64,000 nt of DNA from Caecitellus pseudoparvulus (Eukaryota > Protista > Bigyra: Bicosoecida), in contig CBFFRQ010000069.1 of the NCBI GenBank assembly GCA_965644315.1, positions 620,001 through 684,000 on the forward strand. The letters run 5' to 3'. Of the stretch, positions 24,201 to 37,000 are shown in pieces. Below the pieces are notes generated by a model, which did not search any database, was not told the origin of the DNA, and was given only the letters and a program-made list of their open reading frames with translations. Both the position numbers and the translations under genes were made by a program. Positions within the stretch are counted from its first letter, which is position 1, and each line of letters starts with the position of its first letter.

Positions 24201-27200
24201 CTTTGGGTCACTCATGGGTGGCAGCAGCCCGCTGCCAACGGCCATAGTCGTCAATGCCGTGTTGTCTGCGACACTGCTCATCAGCTTCTGCAGCTGCACT
24301 TCATGAGCGTACTCAACAGCCCCACCTGCACTTGCATCCAGCTTGCCTTGAAGAGCCACACACAGCGCCGCCGCGCGGTCTTCTGGGCTTACACAGAACA
24401 CGTCGTTTGCTGATGCGAGCACGGCAGATGCCAGGGAGCGGAGAGGCGCAGGACCTGCGCCTCCGGCGATTGCTCGCAGTGCGTCACGAGCATTCTGCAC
24501 CCAAGCCACTGCTTTGCCAGACTCGGCGTCAACGCACAGCGTGGAAATGCGAGTGGCCCGCTCCGCGCCACTGCCTGCAACGATTTGCTGCAGGTGCGCA
24601 TGCAACAGGCGCAGGCTCTGCGCCGTGACAGCAAACTTGCCTGCACTGTGCGAGTTTGCCGCCATGTCCCCTAGGATACCCAGGGTAGTTGGCTCCAAGC
24701 TGATGGCTAGAGGAGCCGAGAGCACCGCGATGGCAGCGATAGCGGCGGAGGGGCCAGCCAAGTGGCCAGACAGTGGCACAGCATCTGGCTGGGGTGCCAG
24801 CAGGCTTGCCTTGTCGGCCATACGCGACAGGATGCCCAAAGCGGCACCTGACGCAGTGCCTTGAGCTGCGCCTGACGACGCGAGGGCTTGGATGAGCGAC
24901 AGCTTCACAGAGGACGGGGACAGGGCATGGTTCGCGCGGGCCTTCACCGCTGCACCTTCCACAGACAGCACCAGGTTTGAAGGGAAGTCCAGAGTCAAGG
25001 CGGAAATGGGGTCCTTCACGACCCCAGTCAAAGCCGCTGCTCCCTCCAGCTTCACCTGCTTGCTTGCTACGCCTGTATCCTGCACTGCCCGCAAGGTGGC
25101 TTGAGCGAGAGCATACCCCGTCTTGCTGGGACCGTCTTGTCCCCCTCGCCCTGGCATCGTGTACCGTGCCGAGGTGGAGCCCACAAGCAGGACACCGTCT
25201 CCGGCACAGGCAAAAGCGAGGGATCGCTGGGCGTCGTTGATGTGCAGCTCAGGCGTGGAGATGGTGGCGAAACCCGCGACGGGGGAATCAGCGGCGGAGC
25301 CACCAGCCGACAGCAAAGCACTGCTTCCGTGCACCAGTGCGAATCGCACTTCTGATGCACTGGCGTGCACTGGTACAAATAGGAATGTGCCGTTGAAGCC
25401 GAGTCCTGTCGGCAGAGCATTAGCACCAGATGGCGTAGGGATGGTGAGGGAGCCGGGCGTGGCAGAGCCACAGAGGGGAAGCAAGTGCAAAGTCGTGCTG
25501 CGAGCACCAGGTGCAGCGAGTGCGCGCACCACGAGCGTTTCACCCACCAAGGCAATGCCAGCTGCGACGACACCACTCGGAAGCTGAATGGTGGAGGGGC
25601 CAGAGGGCTCCGCGGAGCTGGAATCCGTGAGGGACAGGCCCGCCGCCTCGATCTCCGCGGCAGCCGACTTGGCCTGGGAGTCAAGAAGGACCTTGAGAGG
25701 GTCGGGCTTTCCTGAAGCAGCAGCACCCCCGCCAGCCTCCTCGGCCGACTTCTTCTTGTCCTTGCTGGGGCTGGAAAGCGAAGAGAGGGGCAGGGCGACG
25801 ACGGAGGAGCCGTCGGGCGCCGCGACAACCAGAGTCTTGCCGTCGGAAGTTACGCCGCCGTGGCCGCTCTTGCCTGACCCAGTGGGAAAGGATGCCGTGT
25901 CCACGGCAAGGGGCGCCACAGACAACGCCGTGCTGTGGATTCCCACCGTCACAGGCACGTCGTCCCCACCCGCAGCGGGGGTGGCGTTGTCCAGGCCAAT
26001 GGGTGGTGGGGACGACAGCTCAGTGCCGACAGCTTTCCCCGTCCGGGTGATGCCCTCCAGCACTGGCACTTGGGCATTGCTCGGAGCTTCTGTCAGCTTC
26101 ACCTGCATGGAGGCCTTGTACCCAGGCCACTCGACATCGCGGGGAGGGCAGGGGGCGTCCGTTGGCTTGCTGAAGATGACACCGGGGATCTGGCCAGAGG
26201 ACCGGTCCGTGCCGTTGTTCGAGCCATTCGTGGAAGACCACTTGAACTGCACACCCTTTTCCGAAGTCTCGCTCTGGCCGTTCTTGCCCTTCCACCCGTT
26301 CCCGGAGGAGCGCGTCTTCTGCACCAAGCTGTACTTGACGCCCGCCTTGAGCAGGATGCCACGCTCGAAATAAGCAGGGCGAGGGGCTGCATGTCCAGCT
26401 CCGTCATACTCCACCCCACCCCGAACAAGCGGTGTGCTGCTCCAGTCGCTGTCGCTGGAGCCGTCGCTTTCGTGGATCTCCACGGTCAGCGTGTACGTGT
26501 TGCCGCTGCGGCCACCGTACGCGGTCAGACCCCACACGATGATGGGCTTGTCCACAATCATGCAGATGGAGTCCTTGGAGGGGGACCCGAATCCCCAGCT
26601 GCCGTTGCTGTCATCCGTGGAGTACCGGTTCACAGTGTACACAGGCAGAGAGGTGCCAGCACCAGGCAGAAGCATGGCCGCTCCCAGTGCCTGAGCGACT
26701 GGGTCGGACATGGGGAACTTCAGTGAGCTTGACAGGCGGTCCATGAGAGGCTGCATGGCGTCGGCCAGCTGCCCCACGGGTGCGTCCATCGTGCTGAGTC
26801 CTTGCAGCGACTGCAGCAAGCGGGGCATGTTGCCTTGGGCAACTGACAGAGCCAACTTCAAGAAGTGCGCATGGAGGGCGACTGCAGCAAGCGGGGCAAG
26901 AGGCGAAACGATGATTCACGTGGAGCGTTTGCCAGGAGCGCTTGCGGGGTCTCACCTTCCGGGTCTCCAGCTGCCCCGACCACTGCATCTGCAGTGCGGG
27001 CCAGCGTGTCGATGAGCGAAGCGGTGCTGGCGTCAGCAGCGCCACCAGACAAGTCTGCCCGGGCAAGGACGCCCAGCAGATTCACGGCACAGGCCTTGAA
27101 GAGCGATGGGTCTGTGGCACGGAAAGCGGGCGGTGGGGAGGGGCGTGCTTGCGGGCGCGTGTGTGTGTGTGTGTGTGGCGGGTTGGCGTGGTGGGCATGC

Positions 27201-27737
27201 AGTGCCAGCCCGTTCTGCGCACGCACTGGAGGAGGAGAAGGCTTCAATGACTGCAAGAGCAGTGGAGGTCGCCGTGAGAATCGCAAACTCGTTGGCTGTC
27301 AACAGCTTGCCCTCGTCGCCGGCAGCAGGCGCCGCGGAGGACGCGGCTTGAGCAACTGCAGCCAGAGCCTCTTTCACTGCCTCGGCCGCCTTGCTTGAGT
27401 CGCGCGCAGTGCTGGCAGAAGACCCTTGCAGCGCCATGACAGCGACGCTGACATAGCGCTCCAAGGACTCTGGGACATCTGGGATGCTCACGAGCGGCTC
27501 CAGGCCGGACACGTCGGTGGTGAGGCCAGAGCTGGAGCTCGTCTCTCCTCCAGGCACCTTGGCAGTGAGGCGCCAGTGCGTGCTTGTCAATGGCACAGCT
27601 TCTGCATGTGCCGGCTTGAGGAGCTTGACATCATCACCTTGGCTGCTGCTCGGGCCCAGGACCGCGTCCAGGACCTCTGGCGAGTCCAGCGTGTGCAGTG
27701 GCACATCGGCTGCCGCCACTTTGCGGCGGGAACTCAT
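9228..27737 (-). CDS. Giant HECT-type E3 ubiquitin ligase (PHR, CUB-like x3, SPRY/B30.2-like x~7, LamG-like, HERC2/KEG SH3-like, MIB-HERC2, FN3, HECT), ~6106 aa
   Basis: Exons 27737-27227, 27111-26956 and 26881-9228. Introns 27226-27112 (GTGCGT..CAG) and 26955-26882 (GTGAGA..CAG) are both phase 1 and join three ORFs in frame. HECT domain at ~9290-10420 (FAGERSHDDGGPYRE, FLGKVMGMALR, LRFISGR, FPVAHTCYNTLDLPEYSS), catalytic Cys codon 9377-9375. PHR domain at ~26170-26640 (SWGFG..DSICMIVDK..NNGTD..GQIPGVIF). MIB-HERC2 at ~12380-12570 (GDRVVR..WDWGQQDGG..WIRVKWD). SH3-like repeat at ~18735-18910 (GDKVRV..PRYGWG..VDFPEQSGW). Confidence 0.92.
27159..27176. repeat. (GT)9 microsatellite inside intron 1 of the HECT gene
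   Basis: gtgtgtgtgtgtgtgtgt seen directly, within predicted intron 27226-27112. Confidence 0.9.
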
Positions 27738-28055
27738 GTTGATCTGCTCCGGAACTGATGCCTTGCGCAGGGACCCACTCCCACACAAGCAACAGCAAGG
27801 ATGCTGTCAACACAAGCTTGGACTGGTGTGGCGCAGGGGAGCATGTCGTGTGACATGCCGGAGTTGAGGAAATGGCGTGGTGGGCCGAGTGCGCTGTATT
27901 CGTGGCCTTGGGCTGGAGTTGGGTGCATTCCACCAGGCGCTTGTACCAGGCGGGGAATGTCAGGCGCCTGGAGCAACGACCAGGTTGCTGTTCCCGGACG
28001 AAGCACCTGGGGCAGCAAGCACAGTCGGCCGTCAGACACCCCAGTCGCGCTCTGC

Positions 28056-31000
28056 TCAAAGCTGCGAGCCAATACGCTTCAAGCTGCCAGGCCGGACCAG
28101 TCCACTGCCACTGCGCGGGATGCCCATGCCGGCCGTGAAGCTGCCTCGAGCTGAACCAGTGCGAGGCGTGTGGCGTCCCGCTGCCTGAGACATGGATGCG
28201 ACGCGCTGGAAGGAACTGCCTCGGGAGGGCGCCGCTCGCGCCGATGGCTCCCGCAGCGCCTCCTTCATGTCGCGGGAGCCGGCAGAGACGGCTGCCATGG
28301 AGCGATACAGCTCCTGGCCGCACACCATGAAGTGCTTGTTCAAGGCTGCAAGCACATCCGGGGAGGTGGTGTCCGCGAAAGACGCATCTCCTTCGCGCAG
28401 CACGGCCAAGGCGTAGTTCAGGATGCTGTACAGCTGCACCGTGTGGTCCAGCAGCTCAGCTTTCACGTACAGCGTGAGGGGGTCTGTGCCAGCGGAAGGG
28501 TCAATGAAAATGGCGCCCCGGAAGACATGGTCTGCAGGGGCCTTGCGGGGGAATGCCGCCGCCGCCTCCACCTTCACCGTGGGCACGCGCCCACCCCGTG
28601 GGCCCTGCAGTGCAGCGTGCTCGGGGGCCATGCCAACAGCCATGACGATGGCCCTCGCGAAGCGCAGCCTGACGCGGCGGCGATGCGTGAGGCCTTGCTC
28701 TGGAAGCGGCACCAACACATCGCTGGTGCTGCCTGCACCACGACTGGAGGGCAGCGAGGATGGCAGTGCAGAGGCGGCCACAGCCAGCATGCCGCCGTGC
28801 GCGTCTGCGTCCCCGACGTCAGATCGCGCAGACGCCAAGCCTGACGACGCCGATGTGCCTTGCACAGCCGCACTGCGCTGGAGCAAGTCTTGCATGGCGG
28901 CCTCCACAGCTGCGATGCGGGCGCCGATTGATGCCAGGTCCGCACCCTTCTGATTGTAGGCGGCAGCAGCGGCAGCCAGCCCTGCTGGAAGGCTGCTGCC
29001 TGTCTGGCTTTCCTGTGCGCTGTCGGAGTGGGGCGCCTCTCCAGAAGCAGGTGGGCGGTCGACCCGTGACGCCTCCTCGCTGGGGCGGCGAGGCGTCAGG
29101 CGGGCCATGGAGGCCATGGACCGGCGGGCAGCCCGGTTGGCCAGCGCAGACATGGTGCGCTGCATGTTCCCGTGGACAGTGCTGACGACTGACGCGCGCT
29201 GCTGGCGCGCTGACTCCTCGAACGCAGCCCGGTCGCTCTCCATCTGCCGCTGCAGTGCCAGCTGCTTCTTGCGGCGGCGTTTGGCGAGACGGGCCCGCAT
29301 CTGAGAGTCTTGTCGTTCACGCTCGGATGCCAAGGCTGCCTTGCGGCGGGAGGCATCCTGCTTGTACGTCTCCATGATGCGCGCACGCTCTTCTTCTGAC
29401 AGGCCACTGGCTGACGCTTCGGCAGCCGCTGCCCGCGCCTGCTCCTCTGCCAGCTCCTTGGCCTCCTGGATGCCACGCTGGCGCCGCGCCTCGGCCTCTT
29501 GCTCCGCGGCGATCTTGGCCTGCTCCTCCTCCAGGGCACGCATAGCGGCCTGCTGCTCTTGCTCCCACGCTGCCTTGGCGGCCGCCTGCCTGGCCTCCAG
29601 CTCTGCCAGGCGCCGCTCCTTCTCGCGCTCCATCTCGGCCTGGAAGTCTGCCAGTTCAGCGGCCTCAGCGGCCGCGGTCTCCATCTCATGCCGCCGCAAG
29701 ATGTCTTCTGGCGCCAGGGAGGAGAAAGCATCCGACACCTCTGCCAACTGGCGCTGGCGCAACTCGATCACCTGCCGGGCATGCTCAGCCTCCATTTCTC
29801 GCCCCAGCTCGGCACCCTCTGCGGCCGCGCGGCCTTCGAACTCCTGCTGCAGACCCGCGATGAGCTCGTCCACTTCGGCGTCGCTGGCGCCACCTTCCCG
29901 CGCCTCCTCCACTGCCTCCGCGATGATGCCACGCTTTTCTTCGTATAGAGTCTCCAACATCGCCTTGCGGCGGGCTTGGCGCTCAGCATACTGCGCTGCC
30001 AGCAGCTCGGCAGTTTCACGTGCGTGCCGCTCACCCAGCACCGCCTCGATGGCGTCTGCCTTGCGCTCAGGAGGAATGCTGCCGTCCTCCAAGATCTTCT
30101 TCAAGGCGGCCTTCTCTGCATCCTGAGCAGCCATCGCAGCTGCGGATGCCGCCGCGCGCGCATGGGCACCCTCGGCGTCCTTGCGTTCCAACGCCTGCTT
30201 CCTGGCCAGGGCCTTGGCCTTGCGTGCCCGTCTGGCTTCAAGCTTGGCCTCCAGCTTGCGCTGCTGTGCCGCCTTGGAGGCTTCCAACGTCTTGGAGTAC
30301 TCCGCCAGCTCGGCAGCGTGTTCCTCTTTCATGCGAGCGACAGCGGCTTGGTCACCAGAGGCGGCCTGCAGCGCAGCTTGTTGCGCGGCACGCTTGTCAG
30401 CCAGCAGCCGCTCCATTTCCTCAGCTGACTTGCGGGCAGCTTCGATGCGCGCCGCCTGAGCACGCTCTTCCTCTGCTGCCGTCGCCCGAGCCTGCTCTTC
30501 TGCTTGCTCCTTGGCCAGCCGTTCCGCCTCTGCCGCTGCCTCTGCCTTGACCCGCGCCATCTCCGCCTCGCTGCGTGCGCTGGCGCCTACCGACGTGCTG
30601 GCGCTTTGCACCTTTGACAGCAGGTCGGAGGTCCAGGTGGAGGCTTCCGCTGCCTGCGCACCCAGGCGGGCTTCAAGTGCCCCAGCCTGACTAGACCTCT
30701 CTTTGTCGATGGCCTGTCGCTGGGCCTCAGCCTGCACGGTAATGTTGCGCAGCTGGCGGATGCGTTTGTCCCGCAGCCGCGCACGAGCCGCCTCCGCCGC
30801 TTCTTGTGCCTCAGTGCGCACGCCAGCCATGGCTGCCGCGATGTCTGCTTCAGACTGCAGCTTGATGGCTTCGATGTCGTCGTCCAGGGATGCACGCAGC
30901 AGCTTGATCTTGGCTGCCGCTTCGCGGTCAGATGCCGCCAGCTTGGCTGCAAGGATCTCCTGCTCGTGCACCCGCTCAGCCTCCAGCTGCTGTGTAAATG

Positions 31001-34000
31001 CCTGCAGCTCTCGCTCAGCGGCCGCTCGAGCAGCGGACAAGCGCTCAGGGTCTCCACCCGCCGCCTCCACTTCGCCCTGCAGCTTGGCAGTCACCATGGC
31101 AGTCTTGCGATCCGTCTTCTCCCTCAGCTTGTCCTCGATGGCAGCTTCAGCAGCCTCCCGTGCTGCGGCTGCCGCCTGCCGGACGGCGGCGATCTCGCCT
31201 TGCGCCTTGGCCGTCGCAGCGGCAATCTTGGACTCCGTGTTCAGAACTGCACGCATGACGCCGGCGTTGGCCTCGTCAGCTGCCTCTGCCGCCTCGTCTG
31301 CTCGGGCGTCCTCCTCTTGCAGCCCCTGCGCCTCAGCCGCGTGCACGGCCTCAGAGCTTGCGAGGATGCCCTCCGCTCGAGCCACGTCACCATCTGCGGC
31401 TGCCTGGCGTGCAGACTCCTCTGCTTCCGCCCTCTCCCGGGCGTGCTTCTCCGCCAAGGCCTGCGCGCGGCGTTTCTTGCGCTCTGCCAGGCGCTGCCGC
31501 AACCCGGCGCTCTGCTGTGCGCGCGCCTCCGCCAAGCGCTCAGTGACTGCCTGCACGTCACGCTCGTGGGCAGCAAAGAGGGCCTCGCGCTCAGAGCCGA
31601 TGGTCTCTGCGGCCTTCTCCAGACGGGCCTGCAGCGAGGCTTGCTCCTCCTCCTCCTTCTCGGCCAACTCAGCCTCCATGGCTTCGCGCTCCGCAGCGTG
31701 TCCAGCCAGCAGAGACTCGCGCTCGGCAGCTGTCGTCGCGCTCTCCAACTCCTTGGAGTGCTTGGCGTGCATGGCGGAAGTGGCAGCCTCCCGCTCAGCC
31801 TCCAGGCGCTTCCGCAGCCCTGTCAACTCCTCCTCTCGCTCCTTGTCATGCTTCGCTTGCATGGCCTCCAAAGCCGCATGGTGCTGCTCCCGCAAAGCGT
31901 CCATCTGCGCCTCTGCGTCGCGCTGCAGAGACTGCACTTGGGCGTGGGCTGTCTTCAGCGCCTCCTCGCGCTCCTTAGCGGCCTGCAGAGCGGCAGCCTT
32001 GGCTGCAGCGGCCTCGGCCGCTTCAATGCTCTCCTGCTCCCCCGCAACAGCGGCAGCTTGCGCAGCCGCGATGGCTTCCAGCAGCTCCCGCTCCTGACGC
32101 TCAAACTTCGCTGCTTCCGCTGCTTCCAGCGCGGCTGCTTCCTCCTCCACTTCCGCCAACTGCACTGCGTACGCCTCCCGTTCGCTGGCACGCTCAGCGT
32201 CGTGGCTGTCGGCAATGTCTGCTGCCTTGGCTGCCACTGATGCCTCCATCTCGGCCACGACGCCCGCCTCTGCAGCCCGCACCTTCTGCTCAGCGCCCCT
32301 GCGGCGCTCTTCACGAAGCTGAAGCTCGATGTCTGCCTTGGCTTGCTCGGCTTCTTGCTCAAGGGCGGCTGCCATAGCCTCCGCATCGGCTGCTGCAGCT
32401 GCAGACAACTTGGCCTTTGTCGAGTCATCCAGCTGCAGCGCTGAGCTGAGACGCTCCACGTCTTCAGCAGCTTGGGCGGAAATGTCAGCCTTGCGCTCCT
32501 CGGCAGTGGCACCCTGCTCAGACTCCACCTTTGACACCTCTTCCAGCACTGCTGCCTTCTGCTTCTCTGCGTCAGCGTCCATCTGGGCCTCAACGGCAGC
32601 CGAGACAGCCTGGACTGCAGCAGCGTGCGTGGACACGGCACTGCCCGCAGAGTCACTGCGCGCACGCGCATCCGGCTTGGAATCGCCAGCCTCGTCGCCC
32701 GCCTCCTCCTCGTGCGCTGCCTCTTCCTCAGCCTCCAACGTGCCTCGCACAGCAATGGAAGCAGTCAAGGGATCTACAGGCACGCCTCCCTTTTCCTTGA
32801 CCAGGGCGCCCAGGCGGGACATGAGCGCGCTGACCTCGGAAGCGTTGATGCTGGCACCTGAAGCCTTGTTGTCGCGCTCATCGTCGACGCGATCCTTCAC
32901 AGTGTCAAGGTACTGCGCCACTTCGTTGTACACCGCGTCACGAGCAGCGCTCAAGCCGACACGGTGCTCTTCCGCAGAGGCTTTCAAGTTTGGCACCTGG
33001 CTTTGAATGATGGACAGCACCTTCACAAGGTCCCCCACTGCCACCTCCACTCGGCGGCGGGCGTCTGAGGACGCAGTGTTCACAGCCTCCACGTACGCTG
33101 ACTTGGACAACCACTCCTCAGGCCCCACTGCACTTCCCACCATTGGGCCAGACTCCACGTCGTCAAGAAGCGGCAGGCGCCCAGCAGCCACACCACCAGC
33201 AGAGCCTTCCTCGTCACTGTACTCCCCCAGGAGTGGCTCTTCTGAGTCCGCGGAGTACTCGGAGCTCGAGGAGCGCCGGAGGGCACGGCGCTTGCCACTC
33301 TTGCCCCCTTGCATGTCCTGCAAAGCCTCCAGAGACGGAACTCGCGTTGAGTACGCGAGGACACTGCCAGTTTCCACCACGGTTGCGCCAAGCTCCGCAT
33401 GGACGCCAGGGGCCACGGCAGCAAACGACTCCAGTGCCTCCAGCAAGCGGTTCACGGCGGATGTGACCGCGTCTTCTTCAGTCTTGGCATCAGTGAGCAG
33501 GCCTGCCACGCCACCCTCGTGGCGGGCATCGGCAGCGGCATCCTCGTCCACAATGCCCAGATCGCCAGCGGCCTTCCACACAGGCACCGAGCTGCCACGG
33601 CGGGCCTGCTCCTCCGCCAAGAGGCTGGCAGCCTTGTCCATGGCGCCTTGCAGCGCCACCACGCGCTCCCCTATGTCGCCCAACGTGCTCTCAGGCACGA
33701 CATCCACAACTGGCACAAGGGGTGGGCCTTCTGGTCCATGAGGGCCTTCAATGCGGAATACGATCGACTCCTCATCATCTGGGGACACCTCAGCTAGCAC
33801 CTGGGCCGTGCCAGCTCGCAGCTCCTGCGTGGCTCGATCAGCCACCTGCGCCTCCCCCCCACGCAGGGCATCTGTCAGGGCAAACAAATTGGAGATGAGG
33901 TCGGCTTCGACTTCAGCGAGGGACTTGTCTGTCGCGGCACGCTTCGTCAGCTCTGTCAGCACCTCTTCGCCTGCTGCGACCTTCGCCGCGTCTTCTTCGT

Positions 34001-37000
34001 GGGCAGCGCCTGCTCCGCCCATCTTCAGCACGCGCTGCTCGTACGCAGCTCGACGAAGGATGCGCTTGATGCTCTCCGCTTCGTCCCGCAACGTGGACAC
34101 CAACGCCCCCATGGACTCCAACCTGTTGCCAAAGGTGGCAGTGGTGCTGCTCGCGTGCTCCTTCACCCGCTCGAGCACCTCAGACAGCTCCAAGTCATCA
34201 ACATCCCATCCCCCCGCGCTGGAGCCGCCAGACATGAGCGCCGCAACGACTGCGTCGTCCACCTGGCCGACCGCCCGGCCCTCCACGATGTCGGCGATGG
34301 CATCCCGCAGCTCCTCGTCCTCAGCTTCCTCCTCAGAGTCGGCTTCGAACACGGTCTCAAGTGCCCCTGGTCCCAGAGGCTTCACCATGCTGGAGCCCCT
34401 CGCGAAAGAAACCAGGGCAGTGCTGGCCACGTCCTCCTTGGCCTCCGCAGGCTTGGCGCCGCTGTCAGCAACCTGCACAATCTCGGTATTCTGACCCTTC
34501 TGGTGCATGAGGAGAAGGTTGGCGCGTGTGCCCTTACGACGGTACGCCACCCGCCTGCTCGCACGCCCCTTGGCCCACGGGCTGTAGTGGCAGTAGCAGA
34601 AGCCCAGCACGACGAGGCTGACGGACAGGACAAACAGCACGACAGTCCACGCAACAAACACCCAGTCCACGTCCAGAACAAGCTCATCGTTGCGCCGCGC
34701 CCCCACCTCGATGAGGGTTGCGAGGTTCATCGGCACAATGGGCCCATCGGTGGGGCAGCTGCTGCCAGCTGATGCCACCGTGACCAGCATGCTTGCATCG
34801 GGGTTGTTCGACATGGTGAAGGCGTACACACCTGCGTCCCGGAAGGTGAAAGCAAACAGCGTCACATTACCGTACGCGCGCTGAGTGGCAGCCAACTGCT
34901 CAAACTGGCCGTAGTCAAAGTCCGGGTTGGAATTGAGGAGGGAGTCACGCACGTACACCGGAAAGCCACCTCCCTCGCGCAGATCCCACATCAGCGTGTC
35001 ACCCAAGGACAGGCAAACCATGGGCTGCTGAATGCTGGGTGCTTCAGCTTCAATGTCGGCACGGCTGGGGCCCGAGCTGGCCTGCAAGCGTCGTGCTGCA
35101 CCCGTCTGGTGATCCGCCACAAGAATGTGGGCGTGCAGCATGTCGTGGCTCACGTGCACATGCCGCCCCAGCATAGCGCGGGCCTGCTCGTTCACCTCGG
35201 CGCCCCGGCGAATGCCCAAGCTAGCCAGCGCGCCCGACTCTGCTGCTGAGACGCCAAAGAGAGGGGTCAAGAGGCGGCTGCCGGAAGCAGTCGAGTTGTT
35301 GAAGGTGAGGGGGATCGTGACGCCAGACTGCACCGTGCTGCGCACCGGTGCTGGCACGCCGTACTGCCCAAAGAAACCATCGCTGCCTGACACGACAGAG
35401 CGCACGCTGCAGACAGTAGCTGTAGCGCCGTTGCTGCGGGCAGTGGCCAGTGTGTCAGCTGTGATGGCCACTGAGTCCCCCACTGCACCTTCTCCCGACT
35501 GTCCATCCTGCAAGCCAGGCAGACAAGCCACATCACCGGCCAGCAACCCGGGCACTGCGTCCAAAGGAAGCAGCGTCGTGTTGAAGGAGCCGAAAGAGGC
35601 ACTGGTCGTGTCAGTGTCCAGCGTGTCGATGCGGAGCAAGCCGGTGGCAGCATCGATGCTGACGCGGGGCACCTGACTCTGGCACACCGGCCCGCACACC
35701 TCCAGGATGTCTGGCAGCTCGTCACACTCGCAGATTCCGGTGCTAGCATCGTACGTCCCGGAGCCAGAAGGGCAACGGCCGCTGGCGCAGAGGGAGTTGT
35801 CCCCAAGCGGCTTGCACTTGCCTGTTGCGGCATCCCTTGTCTGGGAGCTGTCACAGATCTCGTAAATGATGGGTTCGCAAGCAGCTGAGCCGTCCTGGGT
35901 GCTGATGTCCTTCCCGTCAGCGTCAGTGAATGCGTGGAAGGTATCGCACACACACGTCGCTGTGGCGGCCAAGTAGCGGCGATTGCGCCCAGCACACTGG
36001 CAGTTTGTGGCACCCCGGTTGGAGTCACTAGTGAAGCCACAAGGCCTGCATGCTGTGGCTGCTGCCTCAGGCTGGTACTGGCCAGCTGGGCACGGCTGGC
36101 AGGCTGTAGCGTTCGCGGCGCCTTGGTCAGGGTTGACACTGCCAGGTGGGCAAGGCACCTCCTCTGCTGAGCCCTCTGGGCAGTACCTGCCTTCGCGGCA
36201 AATGTAACCGTTGTGCAGGTCAGGGTCGGTGGGAGTCGCCGTGGGAGTGCCGCCAAGGCATACGAAGCCTGGCGAGCAAGGCGAGCAAGAGGCCTGCCCA
36301 GGCCTATCTGAGTAGGAACCGGCAGGGCACAGCTGGCACGCGACATCGCCTCGCTGGCGCACATCCCGCGACACGTCAGGTAAGCCGTAGAAACCCACGT
36401 TGCACTGGGATGGTGAGATGGAACCTGCTGGGCAGTACAGCGACTTGGGGCACACAACAGGGGTGACGGTCGAGTTCGTAGGGCAGTAATGCCCCGCAGG
36501 GCACACTTGCGGTGCGACAGCTCCAGACCCACAGAACGTCCCGGCGGGGCAGGCAACCGGCTCCACTGTGCCAGCTCCGCACGTGAAGCCGGCGGGGCAG
36601 GTGACAGGTGCCAGCATGCCAGTGTCAGCGCAGACGTGCCCCGCGGGACACGTGTGGCAGTCCGCAACGGAGGCCCCCGCCTCCTCGCCGCGGTAAGTGC
36701 CGGCGGGGCACTGTGCGGGGACAGCACAGCCAGGTCCCGAACAGGAATTCTCGCAGTACGAGCCAGCGGGGCAAGCATGTGGGTCCAGAATGGACAGCGC
36801 AGGCACATTGCAAATGTAGCCGTCTGGGCAGGGCCTGCAGTCTGAAAGGGCATCTGAGCCCGCATCAGGGTTGTATGTACCGGCAGGACATGCGATCATG
36901 TCAGCTCCCAGGGCACAGTAGAACCCTGGCTCACATAGCGTGGCGACATTGCGTTCACAGCGGAAACCAGCGGGGCAGTCTGTGCAATCCGACGGCTCGT

